From NCBI GenBank assembly GCA_051872395.1, contig JBJEDU010000029.1:9358-73357 (forward strand): a DNA stretch of 64,000 nucleotides, in the 5' to 3' direction. Position numbers and translations under genes: made by a program. The notes under the pieces are model-generated. The model was not told where the DNA came from. It searched no databases and saw only the letters and a list, made by a program, of their open reading frames with translations. This document shows positions 38,153 through 48,355 of the stretch, piece by piece (positions within the stretch are counted from its first letter, which is position 1; each line of letters begins with the position of its first letter). The DNA is from Bacilli bacterium (GTDB taxonomy: Bacteria > Bacillota_I > Bacilli_A > RFN20 > CAG-826).

Positions 38153-38698
38153 TTAAATAGCCATGATTTCTTTTTCTTTTTCACCGACTAAAACGTCAAC
38201 TTTTTTAATGGCTTCATCAGTAACTTTTTGTAAGTCAGTTTCTAATCTTTTTTGATAATCTTCACTGATTTCATCATCATCTTTAATGAAATCCATAAAT
38301 TCACGACGAACGTTTCTAATGGCGACTTTACTATCTTCACCATATTTCTTCGCTTGTTTAACAATATCTCTTCTTCTATCTTCGGTTAAAGCAGGAATGA
38401 TTAAACGAATAACATTACCTTCATTGATAGGATTGAGTCCTAAATCTGAAGCAGAAATCGCACTGACGATGCTTTTAACATCATTTCTATCGTAAGGTTT
38501 AATTAAAAGTTGTCTTGGTTCAGGAATAGAAATTGAAGAGATTTGGTTAATTGGGGTAGGAGAACCATAATAATCCACTAAAACGTTGGAGAGCATATTT
38601 GGACTAGCTCTACCAGTTCTAAGAGTTGATAAAGAAGAGGTTAAAGCATCACAACTTTTACTCATCTTATCTTGAGCTTCTAAAATTAATTCATCCAT
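38153..38698 (-). CDS. frr: Ribosome recycling factor
   Basis: The protein is 181 aa. Typical RRF blocks (LSTLRTGRASP, IPALTEDRRRD). Confidence 0.85.
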   Translation of the reverse strand: MDELILEAQDKMSKSCDALTSSLSTLRTGRASPNMLSNVLVDYYGSPTPINQISSISIPEPRQLLIKPYDRNDVKSIVSAISASDLGLNPINEGNVIRLIIPALTEDRRRDIVKQAKKYGEDSKVAIRNVRREFMDFIKDDDEISEDYQKRLETDLQKVTDEAIKKVDVLVGEKEKEIMAI

Positions 38699-39425
38699 TG
38701 TTTTTACCTTCTTTCATACAAGTTGTTCCAATATCAATTCCATGGACGACATCAAGGAAATTTTGAGGATTGTCCATCGAGAAGATACGAACTTCAATAT
38801 CTTTGTCCTTTATTAATTCTATCGCACTTAAATCCATAATTTGAAGTTTATTTTCTAACATTTCAATAAATGTTAAAGTTTTAATAAATTTGGCATCTTT
38901 ATTTTTGTTAGGGTCGGAAGAATAGACACCATCAACACCATTTTTAGCTACCAAAATAGCGTCCATATTCAACTCAATTGAATACATAGTACAAGCGGTA
39001 TCTGTAGTGAAATATGGCTTTCCAGTCCCACCAGAAAGAAAGACAACATTACCATTATTTAATGAAGCATCCACATCATCTTTATCGTATTTTTTAGTAA
39101 TAGTATCAATCTCAGGAAGAGCGCTAAAAACAACGCTTGGAACATCGATATTTTTTAAAGCACTGGAAACCGCTAAAGCATTGATGATAGTTCCCATCAT
39201 CCCCATATAATCGCCTTGAACTCTATCGATTCCGACTTCTTCAGCTAATTTGCCACGGTAAATATTTCCAGCACCGATAACAATAGCGATTTGTAAACCT
39301 TCTTTGTATAAAGATTTAATGATGTTAGCGACACTTTTTAAATAAGTAGAGTTGATGATTTGTTCACTTTGATCATGTTTTAGAGCTTCACCGCTAAGTT
39401 TAAGTAGTATACGCTTATATTTCAC
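38691..39425 (-). CDS. pyrH: UMP kinase
   Basis: KRILLKLSGEAL, GAGNIYRG, FSMDNP. Confidence 0.85.
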   Translation of the reverse strand: MKYKRILLKLSGEALKHDQSEQIINSTYLKSVANIIKSLYKEGLQIAIVIGAGNIYRGKLAEEVGIDRVQGDYMGMMGTIINALAVSSALKNIDVPSVVFSALPEIDTITKKYDKDDVDASLNNGNVVFLSGGTGKPYFTTDTACTMYSIELNMDAILVAKNGVDGVYSSDPNKNKDAKFIKTLTFIEMLENKLQIMDLSAIELIKDKDIEVRIFSMDNPQNFLDVVHGIDIGTTCMKEGKNNG

Positions 39426-39443
39426 TGTCTCAACCTCCTAAAG

Positions 39444-39473
39444 TTAAAAAAAGAAACACGAAATCGTGTTTCT
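39444..39473 (-). terminator. Rho-independent terminator after tsf
   Basis: AGAAACACG-aaat-CGTGTTTCT, followed on the minus strand by TTTTTTT and then the pyrH AGGAGG SD. Confidence 0.65.
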
Positions 39474-39483
39474 AATTTTGAAA

Positions 39484-40362
39484 TTATTTAATTTCTTTCA
39501 TTACTTCGCTCGCGAAGTCATCTTTTCTCTTTTCAATACCTTCGCCAACTTGGTAACGAACAAAGCTTAAAACTTCATTGCCCTTTTCTTTAAGCAATTG
39601 TCCAACAGTTTTAGAATCATCCATTAAGAATGCTTGAGCTTCTAAAGTAACTTCTTGGAAAGTTTTATTCACTTTGCCTTCAATAATCTTTTCTAAGATA
39701 GCTTGTGGTTTATTCGCTAACTTTTCATCATTCTTTCCAGCTTCTAATTGAACAGAACGTTCATGTTCATAAACATCAGCAGGAATATCAGTAGAATGAA
39801 TATATGTTGGGGAATTAGCTGCAATGTGCATTGCTAATTGTTTTGCTAATTCTTCATCCGCTTTATTTAAGACCACAACAGTGGAAATTTTACCACCCAT
39901 ATGGATGTAAGTTCCAATGCCTTGTCCTTCTTCTTTCTTAACAACTAAGAAACGTCTTAAAGAGAATTTTTCTCCCATTTTAACTGTAGCGTTAGAGAAT
40001 AATTCTTCAACTTGTGATTTTGCTTCTTCGACATCTTTTGGTTCATTTTTCAAAATGCTTGTCGCAATTTCATCGACAAATTCTTTGAAAGCATCACTTT
40101 TTGCCACGAAGTCTGTTTCACAGTTAACTTCTAAAATAACAGTCTTACCACATGATGGGCAAGTTTTGACAATGGATAAACCTTCAGCAGCAATTCTATC
40201 AGCCTTTTTAGCTGCTTTCGCTAAACCTTTTTCTCTCAACCAGTCGCATGCTTTATCAAGGTCTAAATCATTGTTTAATAAGGCGCCTTTACAATCCATT
40301 AATCCAGCACCTGTTCTATCACGAAGAACTTTAATTAAATCAATTAATGTTGGTTCCGCCAT
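39484..40362 (-). CDS. tsf: Elongation factor Ts
   Basis: N-terminal UBA-like LIKVLRDRTGAGLMDCKGAL and the Tsf dimerisation core. Confidence 0.85.
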   Translation of the reverse strand: MAEPTLIDLIKVLRDRTGAGLMDCKGALLNNDLDLDKACDWLREKGLAKAAKKADRIAAEGLSIVKTCPSCGKTVILEVNCETDFVAKSDAFKEFVDEIATSILKNEPKDVEEAKSQVEELFSNATVKMGEKFSLRRFLVVKKEEGQGIGTYIHMGGKISTVVVLNKADEELAKQLAMHIAANSPTYIHSTDIPADVYEHERSVQLEAGKNDEKLANKPQAILEKIIEGKVNKTFQEVTLEAQAFLMDDSKTVGQLLKEKGNEVLSFVRYQVGEGIEKRKDDFASEVMKEIK

Positions 40363-41441
40363 TACTTGGTTTCTCCTTCTTTTGGGGTTTCAGTTTTTGT
40401 AGCAGCAGCTTTTGGTGTACGAGTTGTCTTTTTAGCAGGAGCCTTTTTCATTGTTTTTGCTTCTTCAATGACAGCTTCAGCTTTATCTTGAGATTGGTTG
40501 CGGAGAGCTTGTTCTTTTTCATAAGCTTCTTGACGTGCTTGTCTTTCCGCTCTAATTCTTGCTAATTTTTCAGAATTTTCTTTTTCTGTTTGACGAATGA
40601 CATCTTTCATAGTGACAGATTCGCCTTCATCTTTTAAGTAAGCAACGACAGGAACGCCACCCTTACTTTCAACAACAGCATCCGCCATAACCGCTAAAAT
40701 TAAACTGACTGATCTAATCGCGTCATCGTTAGCAGGAATGACATAATCTAATAAATCTGGATCAGAGTTGGTATCAGCAATACCAAAGACTGGAATATTT
40801 AATTTTTTAGCTTCTGAAATCGCGTTATATTCGATATTTGGATCGACAACAAAGATCGCGTTAGGTAATTTACGCATTTCTTTGATACCATTTAAGTTTT
40901 TGGTTAATTTTTCTTTTTCTCTTCTTAACGCTGCCGCTTCAACTTTTGGTAATAAATCTAATTCGCCTTCTTCTTCTCTTCTATCGAGTTCTTTTAAGAA
41001 ACGAATACGATTTTGAATAGTTTTGAAGTTTGTAAGAGTACCACCTAACCAACGGTTAGTGATATAGAAACTTCCGGAACGTAATGCTTCAGCTTGAACA
41101 GCTTCTTGGCATTGTTTTTTCGTTCCAACAAATAAGACTTTTCCGCCATTATCAACAATTTCTTTCATCGCTTTATAAGCAGTTTCGATGTAAGTAACTG
41201 TTTGGGCTAAGTCAATAATGTAGACACCATTACGGGCACCATAGATGTATTTTTTCATCTTTGGATTCCAACGACGTGTTTGATGTCCAAAATGTGCTCC
41301 AGCTTCTAATAATTTTTTCATGGTGATGACTGGAGCGTCAGGATCACGCATGACCTCTTCCATTGTTTGAGGTTCGTTTGCAACAGTAGTTTCAACTTCA
41401 GGTTTAACTTCTTCGGTTACAACTTTTTCTTCTTCGCTCAT
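40362..41441 (-). CDS. rpsB: 30S ribosomal protein S2 with an unusual acidic N-terminal extension (~40 aa) and a Lys/Ala/Thr-rich C-terminal extension (~65 aa)
   Basis: Core [21 protein letters not shown]... A strong SD (AAGGAGG) lies 8 nt before the ATG at 41441, which supports the extended start. Confidence 0.8.
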   Translation of the reverse strand: MSEEEKVVTEEVKPEVETTVANEPQTMEEVMRDPDAPVITMKKLLEAGAHFGHQTRRWNPKMKKYIYGARNGVYIIDLAQTVTYIETAYKAMKEIVDNGGKVLFVGTKKQCQEAVQAEALRSGSFYITNRWLGGTLTNFKTIQNRIRFLKELDRREEEGELDLLPKVEAAALRREKEKLTKNLNGIKEMRKLPNAIFVVDPNIEYNAISEAKKLNIPVFGIADTNSDPDLLDYVIPANDDAIRSVSLILAVMADAVVESKGGVPVVAYLKDEGESVTMKDVIRQTEKENSEKLARIRAERQARQEAYEKEQALRNQSQDKAEAVIEEAKTMKKAPAKKTTRTPKAAATKTETPKEGETK

Positions 41442-41539
41442 TTAAGAGTCCTCCTTATGTTTTATCCTCCACTACTTCGAACAATGCAGCCACCTATTTG
41501 ATATAGGACAATGGGCATTGAATCCATAGTGTGTGTAGT

Positions 41540-41590
41540 CTTTGCACCGCAAAGCGTTTAAATAATATCAAAAGACACTAATGATATCAA
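41540..41590 (-). promoter_or_regulatory. rpsB promoter (-35 TTGATA, 17 nt, -10 TATTAT) and a leader hairpin at the start of the transcript
   Basis: -35 is the reverse complement of 41585-41590 and -10 of 41562-41567, with a 17-nt spacer. Stem CTTTGC-acc-GCAAAG at 41540-41554 sits at the start of the ~110-nt leader. Confidence 0.5.
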
Positions 41591-41610
41591 GCATTATTTT
41601 ATAATGAGCA

Positions 41611-42528
41611 CTATTTTTTATCTTTAGAAATATTCTTTTTGCTATGAGGATGATACATTTCAAATGTTTCGTTCATCTTTTTTGTAGAAACATGAGTGTA
41701 TATTTGTGTCGCAGAAATAGAAGCGTGACCAAGTAGTTCTTGAATGACTCTCAAATCCGCGCCTTCATCCAATAATTTTGTAGCGAATGTATGTCTTAAT
41801 AAATGTGGATGAAGGTTGACAAATAATCCTGATTTTTCTTCGATTTTATCAAGAATATATTCTAATCCTCTCGTCGTTAATCTTTCACCTTTATTATTTA
41901 AAAAGAATGCACTATTTTCTTTATCGGATAAAAGGACTTTTCTAAGGGTATTTTTATAATCGAGGAGCGAAGATAAACAATCAGAAGAAAATGGGACAAT
42001 TCTTTCTTTTCTTCCTTTACCAAAAACTCTCACTGTACGATTAGAAAAATTGAAATTGAATAAATCTAAATTCACTAATTCAAAAGCGCGAAGACCTGAA
42101 TAATATAGAAGAGATATTATCGCGATATCTCGACTCTTAAATTTATCATTGCTATTTTTTAAAGCGTTTAATAAATCGATGACTTGCTCTTCATATAAAA
42201 CATCTGGGTATTTCTTTTCCACTTTTGGTGTAGTAATCAATAAAAATGGATTCGAAGAAACGATATTTTCGTTTTTTAAAAATCGATAATAGTTTTTCAA
42301 ACTAGAGATTTTTCTTTTAATGGTTCTTTTAGAAATATTATTTTTTAATAAACTTGTAATGTAATTTCTAATAACAATAGTGTCAACACTTTGAACATCG
42401 AGTCCTTCTTGAGATAAAAATAGATAAAATAATTCGACATCTTTAAGATATGATGCGATGGTAAATTCACTATAATTTCTTTGAAATTTTAAGTAAGATT
42501 GATACTTTTTTAACACTATATCATCCAT
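41611..42528 (-). CDS. xerC: Tyrosine recombinase XerC/XerD family (chromosome dimer resolution)
   Basis: C-terminal catalytic region HPHLLRHTFATKLLDEGADLRVIQELLGHASISATQIYTHV. The conserved position is immediately downstream of topA. Confidence 0.75.
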   Translation of the reverse strand: MDDIVLKKYQSYLKFQRNYSEFTIASYLKDVELFYLFLSQEGLDVQSVDTIVIRNYITSLLKNNISKRTIKRKISSLKNYYRFLKNENIVSSNPFLLITTPKVEKKYPDVLYEEQVIDLLNALKNSNDKFKSRDIAIISLLYYSGLRAFELVNLDLFNFNFSNRTVRVFGKGRKERIVPFSSDCLSSLLDYKNTLRKVLLSDKENSAFFLNNKGERLTTRGLEYILDKIEEKSGLFVNLHPHLLRHTFATKLLDEGADLRVIQELLGHASISATQIYTHVSTKKMNETFEMYHPHSKKNISKDKK

Positions 42529-42552
42529 AGTAAAAGTATAACCTAGTATAAC

Positions 42553-44646
42553 TTATTTTTTATTATATTTTTTGCGATAAATGATTTTTTCTCGATGTTT
42601 ACAATTGCTGTAATTTAAACATTCAAGGAAATATCCATATTTACCTTTCTTTTTGACCATGTGATTACCACATACAGGGCAATCTTTGACAAAATCCTTT
42701 TCGGTGTATTCTTCTTTTTTCTTTTCCTCAGTTTTGATATACAAACATTTTGGATAAGATGAACAACCAATAAATTTCTCACCTTTTTCATTTTTACGAA
42801 CACAAAGAGGGGAACCACATTCTGGGCAAATTTCACCAGTTAGTTGAACTTCTTCTTTTTTAATATATCGACATTTTGGGAAATTGGAACAACCAACAAA
42901 TTGATTACCTTTTTTTGAATAACGATAGACGAGAGGCTCACCACACTGTGGACACATTTCTCCAGTTGGAATTGGGTTATCAATATAGATTTTTTTATAA
43001 GCTTGTTCAACCTCTTCAATGAATGGATAATAAAATTCTTTTAGCATTTCATTTTGATCAATTTTTCCTTCGGAAATAAGGTCCAATTTTTCTTCCATTG
43101 ATGAGGTATATTTAATGTTAATAATATTTGGGAAATATTTTTCCAAAATATGTTCAGTTTTTACACCTTGTTCAGACGCGACAATATTATTTTTGGAATT
43201 AGAAACATATTTACGATTTTTAATTAAATATATCGTTGGAGCGTAAGTACTTGGTCGACCAATACCTGCTTCTTCCATGGCTTTAATTAATCTTGCTTCA
43301 TTAAAGTGATTTGGAGGAGTGGTTTCTTTTTCCACTAATTGTTTGTTAGTAACAATAAATTCATCACCAACTTTATAATCAGGGAGGACATTTTTATTCA
43401 AGTCATCATCTTTATATAATGCTTCATAACCTTGGAATAATGTATTAGCGATTTCAAAATGAAATTTCGCTTTACCAATTTCAAAAGAAACAGTCAACAC
43501 TTCATCGACACGAGGACTCATGATAGAGCTAATCGCTCGTTTATATATTAATGAATAGACTTTATATTGTTCGTTAGTTAAAAATTGTTTGATAGAATCA
43601 GGTGTCAAAGAGGTAGAATGTGGACGAATACATTCATGAGGTGACACTTCTTTTTTAAGTTTTTCTTTTCCTAAAAATTCATTTCCAAATTTAGTTAAAA
43701 CATAATTTTTTGCTTTGATAGTAAAGTTGGTTGATAATTCACGAGAAGGAGTTCTCATATAAGTAATCAAACCTTGATATTCACCATTAATTTTGACCCC
43801 TTCATAAAGAGTTTGAGCGATTTTCATAGTCTTCATCGCATCATAACCATATTTGATGTTACATTCTTGTTGTAAATCAGAAGTTGATAAAGGTAATTTT
43901 GGAGCTTTTTTAACAAGGTTCTTTTTCACTGATGACGCGACAACTTTATTATCGAGTAAAGTTAAAATTTCTTTGGCTTTATTTTCATCTGTCAAATGCT
44001 CTTTAGCGTTATCATATCCATCGAAAGAGAGGGTATATTCTTTACCATCTTTTTCAACTTTTACTTCGTAAGAATAATATTTCTCAGGGACGAATTGTGC
44101 GATTTTTTTATCTAAATCACAAACTAATTTTAATGTCGCAGTTTGCACTCTTCCAGCGCTTTTTGATTTGATTTTTCGATAAATTAAATTTGATAATTTA
44201 AACCCAATAATTCGATCGAGAATTCTTCTTGCTTCTTGGGAATAAACCATATCCATATCGATTGTGCGTGGGTTATTTATCGCTTCAGTGATAGCTTCTT
44301 TAGTTATTTCATGAAACTCTAATCTTTTTGTTTTATTTATATCTAAATCTAAAACTTCGCAAACATGCCAAGCGATGGCCTCTCCTTCTCTATCAGGGTC
44401 GGTCGCGAGTATTACTTCATCGCACTTTTTCATTGCTTCTTGAAGTTCTTTAATAGTGCTCTCTTGTTTTGAAGGAACTTTATATGTTGGTTTAAATCCG
44501 TTTTCGACATCCACGCCTAAACCACCTTTCCCAGAAGTGGCAAGTTCACGAACATGACCTTTCGTAGCTAAAACAGTGTAATTTTCTCCGAGGTAATTTT
44601 TAATCGTATGGCATTTGGTTGGCGATTCGACAATAACTAACTTCAT
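42553..44646 (-). CDS. topA: DNA topoisomerase I with C-terminal Cys4 zinc ribbons
   Basis: TOPRIM N-terminus (KLVIVESPTK), active-site region, and three CxxC...CxxC zinc-ribbon repeats at the C-terminus. Confidence 0.9.
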   Translation of the reverse strand: MKLVIVESPTKCHTIKNYLGENYTVLATKGHVRELATSGKGGLGVDVENGFKPTYKVPSKQESTIKELQEAMKKCDEVILATDPDREGEAIAWHVCEVLDLDINKTKRLEFHEITKEAITEAINNPRTIDMDMVYSQEARRILDRIIGFKLSNLIYRKIKSKSAGRVQTATLKLVCDLDKKIAQFVPEKYYSYEVKVEKDGKEYTLSFDGYDNAKEHLTDENKAKEILTLLDNKVVASSVKKNLVKKAPKLPLSTSDLQQECNIKYGYDAMKTMKIAQTLYEGVKINGEYQGLITYMRTPSRELSTNFTIKAKNYVLTKFGNEFLGKEKLKKEVSPHECIRPHSTSLTPDSIKQFLTNEQYKVYSLIYKRAISSIMSPRVDEVLTVSFEIGKAKFHFEIANTLFQGYEALYKDDDLNKNVLPDYKVGDEFIVTNKQLVEKETTPPNHFNEARLIKAMEEAGIGRPSTYAPTIYLIKNRKYVSNSKNNIVASEQGVKTEHILEKYFPNIINIKYTSSMEEKLDLISEGKIDQNEMLKEFYYPFIEEVEQAYKKIYIDNPIPTGEMCPQCGEPLVYRYSKKGNQFVGCSNFPKCRYIKKEEVQLTGEICPECGSPLCVRKNEKGEKFIGCSSYPKCLYIKTEEKKKEEYTEKDFVKDCPVCGNHMVKKKGKYGYFLECLNYSNCKHREKIIYRKKYNKK

Positions 44647-44752
44647 AGCTCCCTCACTTTCAAAGCAAAATTATATTGAGAAATTTCGTCTTGTCAAATA
44701 AGAAATTCGTTAAAAACTAAGTTAAATAAAATAGCATTTATTTAAGAAAAAT

Positions 44753-45535
44753 TCATCTTTCCATCGCCTCAATAACATCGATAGAGTTTTCGACTAAAAT
44801 CGCTCCCTCTTTTATTAACCGATTACAACTCGAATTACTATTTGCTTGATTTGGAACACATAAAATATCTTTTCCCATGTCAAGTGCGAATCCTACTGTG
44901 GTAAGAGTTCCACTTTTTTCTTTTGCTTCAGTAATGAGCACACTATCACAAATAGAAGCAATTAAACGATTGCGAAAAACAAATTGTTCAGGATGAGGTT
45001 GCCCATTGAATGGAGTTTCTGAAATAATTAAGCCTTCCTTTTTAATTCTTTCATATAACTCTTTGTTTTCTTTTGGATAAATGTAATCGATGCCTCCAGC
45101 AATGACTGCGATAGTTTTTAATTCATTATCTAACGCAGTTTTATGGGCGATTCCATCAATTCCACGAGCGAGTCCACTGACGATGAGAAAATCATCATCT
45201 AATCCTTTGATGATTTCGCTAGTGATATCTTTACCATATTGAGAACATTCTCTTGAACCAATAACCGCTAGCTTTTTATATTTATTATTAATAAGAAGAG
45301 AAATGTCCCCATAATAAAATAGGGCAAAAGGTGGACGATAAGTCCTTCTTAGTGAATCTGGATATTCTTTATCGAGTATTGTTAAAACTGAAAACGAATA
45401 AGAAGAGGCATCATAAAATTTTGTTATATTTCTCTTCGTTTCAATACTTCGATAAATTTCATCCCAATCACCATTGTGTTCAATGGCCAAAGAAATAATT
45501 AATTCTCTTGGCGTTTTTATATTTGAAGTAGTCAT
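44753..45535 (-). CDS. dprA: DNA processing protein DprA/Smf (Rossmann-fold)
   Basis: KLAVIGSRECSQYG...SGLARGIDG...GGIDYIYP; the position upstream of topA is conserved. Confidence 0.75.
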   Translation of the reverse strand: MTTSNIKTPRELIISLAIEHNGDWDEIYRSIETKRNITKFYDASSYSFSVLTILDKEYPDSLRRTYRPPFALFYYGDISLLINNKYKKLAVIGSRECSQYGKDITSEIIKGLDDDFLIVSGLARGIDGIAHKTALDNELKTIAVIAGGIDYIYPKENKELYERIKKEGLIISETPFNGQPHPEQFVFRNRLIASICDSVLITEAKEKSGTLTTVGFALDMGKDILCVPNQANSNSSCNRLIKEGAILVENSIDVIEAMER

Positions 45536-45542
45536 TAAATAA

Positions 45543-45566
45543 CCCCCTTAATATATAAATAGGGGG
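45543..45566 (-). promoter_or_regulatory. Hairpin CCCCC-14 nt-GGGGG whose 3' arm is the dprA Shine-Dalgarno sequence (also the likely rnhB terminator)
   Basis: On the mRNA: CCCCCuauuuauauauuaaGGGGGuuauuuaAUG. AAGGGGG is the only SD-like element before the dprA ATG, and it is base-paired. Confidence 0.4.
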
Positions 45567-45582
45567 AAATTTTGATTTTGAT

Positions 45583-46200
45583 TTAAAAAAGTGAAATTTT
45601 TTCAATAAATAAGTTTTTTATCGGTCCAAATGAATAACGATGAACTCCTTCAATTGGACCATATTTTTTCAAAGCTTCAAGATGAATTTTTGTTCCGTAA
45701 CCTTTGTGCTTTGCGATTTGATAGAGAGGATATTTTTTATCGAGTTCATAACAAATGTGATCTCTTGTCACTTTAGCAATAATGCTCGCGGCAGCGATAC
45801 ATTCCGCTTTCGCGTCCCCTTTAATAATTGGAATAAGAGGGGTGTCAATTTTTAATTTAACTGCATCCGTTAACACTAATTGATAAGGATGATTTATTTG
45901 ACTTAAAGCATCTAACATCGCTAATTTGGTCGCTTCTAAAATATTTATTTCATCAATCTTTTTAGCGTCGACAATACCTATACCAATCGCAATCGCGTTT
46001 TCTTTAATGACAGTGAATAGTTTTTCTCTTTGCTTTTCACTCAACTTTTTCGAATCATTAATTTCTTCAATATAAAAATGAGGAGGAAGGATAACCGCAC
46101 TTGCAACAACTGGTCCTAGAAGTGGTCCTCTTCCTGCTTCATCGATACCGATGATAAACTCTGTCGATTCATCATAAAATTGTTCTTCAAATTTTAACGC
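45583..46200 (-). CDS. rnhB: Ribonuclease HII
   Basis: IGIDEAGRGPLLGPVVASAV...DSKKLS... I take the start as the Met of MALKFEE; the track's longer ORF to 46236 overlaps rbgA. Confidence 0.8.
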   Translation of the reverse strand, partial: ALKFEEQFYDESTEFIIGIDEAGRGPLLGPVVASAVILPPHFYIEEINDSKKLSEKQREKLFTVIKENAIAIGIGIVDAKKIDEINILEATKLAMLDALSQINHPYQLVLTDAVKLKIDTPLIPIIKGDAKAECIAAASIIAKVTRDHICYELDKKYPLYQIAKHKGYGTKIHLEALKKYGPIEGVHRYSFGPIKNLFIEKISLF

Positions 46201-47032
46201 CATCTTTTTCAAATGATAATGAACCAATAAGTCCATCTTTCGTTTCTTTTAAAAGAATATTTTCAACTTTTGAATAATTTTCATCATTGACTAAAATACC
46301 TCTTCTTTTAGCGATATCGTTCATCACTTGATGATAATCAACAATTTCGCTTATTCCAAATCGATTATTTAAAATCGAAGGATAATATTTTTTGAAATAA
46401 TCAATGAGATATATACATAAATCGGTTGAAGGTAAAATATCTTCTTTAATCGAACCAAGTAAAGCTAAAACAGTGGCTTCATGTTTATTTTCATACGACA
46501 TAGGAAGAACACCTGGAGTATCTAATAATATAAAATCATTAACATTGATCCATTTATCACCACGAGTAAAAGCTGGTCTATTAGCGACACCAGCAAGTTT
46601 TTTACCACCAAGTCGATTGATTAATGATGATTTACCAACGTTAGGAATTCCCACAATCATTACACGAATTGGTTGTGGTTTCATTCCTTTAGCTTTCTCT
46701 TTTTGTCTTTTATATTGTCCAACTTTATTAATTGATTGATGAATTAATTTCTTTGATGATGGATCGAGAATATCAATCGATAAAACATCATCAAACTTAT
46801 CTTTAATTTGTTCAATTTGAGTAGAGAAAAAATCCTTATCACAAAGGTCATATTTGCTAAAGAGCGCGATCTTTCTTTTATTGGCAATAATGGAAGATAA
46901 ATTTTTATTGCATGAAGAAAATGGCGCGCGAGCGTCTAATACTACTAAAACTATATCGACGAGTGAGATTTTTTCTTTTATCTCATTCATGGCCTTATTC
47001 ATATGGCCAGGAAACCAATGGATATCTTTCAT
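46187..47032 (-). CDS. rbgA: Ribosome biogenesis GTPase A (YlqF/RbgA)
   Basis: Circularly permuted GTPase: HWFPGHM, DARAP, GIPNVGKSSLINRL. The start is taken at MKDIHWFPGHM by homology with the YlqF N-terminus. Confidence 0.8.
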   Translation of the reverse strand: MKDIHWFPGHMNKAMNEIKEKISLVDIVLVVLDARAPFSSCNKNLSSIIANKRKIALFSKYDLCDKDFFSTQIEQIKDKFDDVLSIDILDPSSKKLIHQSINKVGQYKRQKEKAKGMKPQPIRVMIVGIPNVGKSSLINRLGGKKLAGVANRPAFTRGDKWINVNDFILLDTPGVLPMSYENKHEATVLALLGSIKEDILPSTDLCIYLIDYFKKYYPSILNNRFGISEIVDYHQVMNDIAKRRGILVNDENYSKVENILLKETKDGLIGSLSFEKDGVKI

Positions 47033-47034
47033 AA

Positions 47035-47706
47035 TTAAAAGAAGCAGCGAGGCCAAGAATAACTACGGTGGTTACCATTGGAATCGCATGTTCCCTCTAT
47101 CGCTACTAAAACACCAACGAGATTTTCTTTATAAACTGGAGAATTAGAATCTAAACAATCGAGTGAATTAATCCAATTATCACCCATCACCCAATATTCG
47201 TTTTCATTTAAAACAATCGTCCCATCAGTGCTAAATCTATGGGTATCAACACCATTTCTTTCAAATGGAATATTAATATATTCAAATTCATTGCTTTCAT
47301 TATTTAAAACATACAAATCGTTATTTTCAATCTTGAATGTTTCATTTGGTAAAGCGATGACTCTTTTAATTTTGTATTCAGCGCTATCTTTTACTTTATC
47401 ACCACGATTATATGGCAAATTGTAATCTAAATTATCCCAGGGGTAATATGTTGTGATGATATCGAATCTTTTGATTTTATTAATCGCGCTTTGATGTGGG
47501 TCAACGATTCCAAAATCATAACGCGAACGATCATTGCTATTATTTAAAGTAGGATACATTGAAGAACCATCAACATAAATGCTTAAAAAATAATTGCGAT
47601 GAAAAATTGAACAAGAAAAGCCTAAAATGCACAAAACAAAAACAAATGATAACACACAGTTAACAATTTTATTCGATAGTAAATTTTTAACTTTCTTATT
47701 TTTCAT
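47035..47706 (-). CDS. lepB: Signal peptidase I
   Basis: Box B VDGSSMYPTL, box D KRVIALPNE, box E VMGDNWINSLD. Confidence 0.8.
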   Translation of the reverse strand: MKNKKVKNLLSNKIVNCVLSFVFVLCILGFSCSIFHRNYFLSIYVDGSSMYPTLNNSNDRSRYDFGIVDPHQSAINKIKRFDIITTYYPWDNLDYNLPYNRGDKVKDSAEYKIKRVIALPNETFKIENNDLYVLNNESNEFEYINIPFERNGVDTHRFSTDGTIVLNENEYWVMGDNWINSLDCLDSNSPVYKENLVGVLVAIEGTCDSNGNHRSYSWPRCFF

Positions 47707-47723
47707 AATTATGAGATTTATTC

Positions 47724-47921
47724 CTAATTTTTAACAAAATAAACTATGAGCATTGTGGCAATAATAACGACAAAAAGAACAGCGACATGAACGATAAATC
47801 CATAAAGCGCTCCTCTTTTAGAATCTTTATCTAAAAAGCAAGAAATTATTAGACCAATAATGCCACATATAAGAGTAACCACAAAACCTAAATTGTAATG
47901 TGGCGAACGTTCTTTAAACAT
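47724..47921 (-). CDS. Small (65 aa) two-helix membrane protein, hypothetical
   Basis: Two hydrophobic helices; located between lepB and rplS. Confidence 0.4.
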   Translation of the reverse strand: MFKERSPHYNLGFVVTLICGIIGLIISCFLDKDSKRGALYGFIVHVAVLFVVIIATMLIVYFVKN

Positions 47922-47969
47922 AACTAAATAACCTATATATTCCTTATTATATATTTATCAATAAATATT

Positions 47970-47996
47970 TTAAATTAAAACAAGGCCGAAGCCTTG
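47970..47996 (-). terminator. Rho-independent terminator after rplS
   Basis: CAAGGC-cgaa-GCCTTG (47981-47996), followed on the minus strand by TTTTAATTT. Confidence 0.55.
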
Positions 47997-48007
47997 CTTT
48001 AATTTTG

Positions 48008-48355
48008 TTAAATCTTTGCTTTAATTCTTGCAGATTTGCCAGAGCGTGAACGTAAGTAATGTAATTTATTACGTCTAACTTTACCGCGTCTTACAACTTC
48101 AATTGTTTCAATGGATGGGGAATGTAATGGGAATGTTCTTTCAACTCCAATACCATAACTCATCTTTCTAACGGTAAATGTTTCTGATAATTTAGAACCA
48201 CGAACAGCGATAACAACGCCTTGGAATACTTGGATTCTCTTTTTGTTTCCTTCAACAATCTTAACAGAAACTTTGACTTCATCACCTGATTTGAATTCAG
48301 GGAGGTCAGTACGCATTTGGGACTTTGTGATTTCATCAACTAATTGTAAATTCAT
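48008..48355 (-). CDS. rplS: 50S ribosomal protein L19
   Basis: The protein is 115 aa: ...[33 protein letters not shown]... Confidence 0.9.
   Translation of the reverse strand: MNLQLVDEITKSQMRTDLPEFKSGDEVKVSVKIVEGNKKRIQVFQGVVIAVRGSKLSETFTVRKMSYGIGVERTFPLHSPSIETIEVVRRGKVRRNKLHYLRSRSGKSARIKAKI

Noticed and set aside
39917-40565. 161-aa and 72-aa plus-strand ORFs antisense to tsf and rpsB
   Set aside because: They overlap highly conserved essential genes on the other strand. Their composition is a mirror artefact (Ser/Phe/Leu-rich), and no expression signals are present.
41611-42528. Tyrosine recombinase as a possible integrase of a mobile element
   Set aside because: It sits in the conserved dprA-topA-xerC housekeeping arrangement with XerC-type catalytic residues. 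There is no adjacent att-like repeat, phage gene or transposase, so I call it a chromosomal dimer-resolution recombinase.
46404-46739. 111-aa plus-strand ORF inside rbgA
   Set aside because: It is antisense to the conserved GTPase gene and has no independent support.
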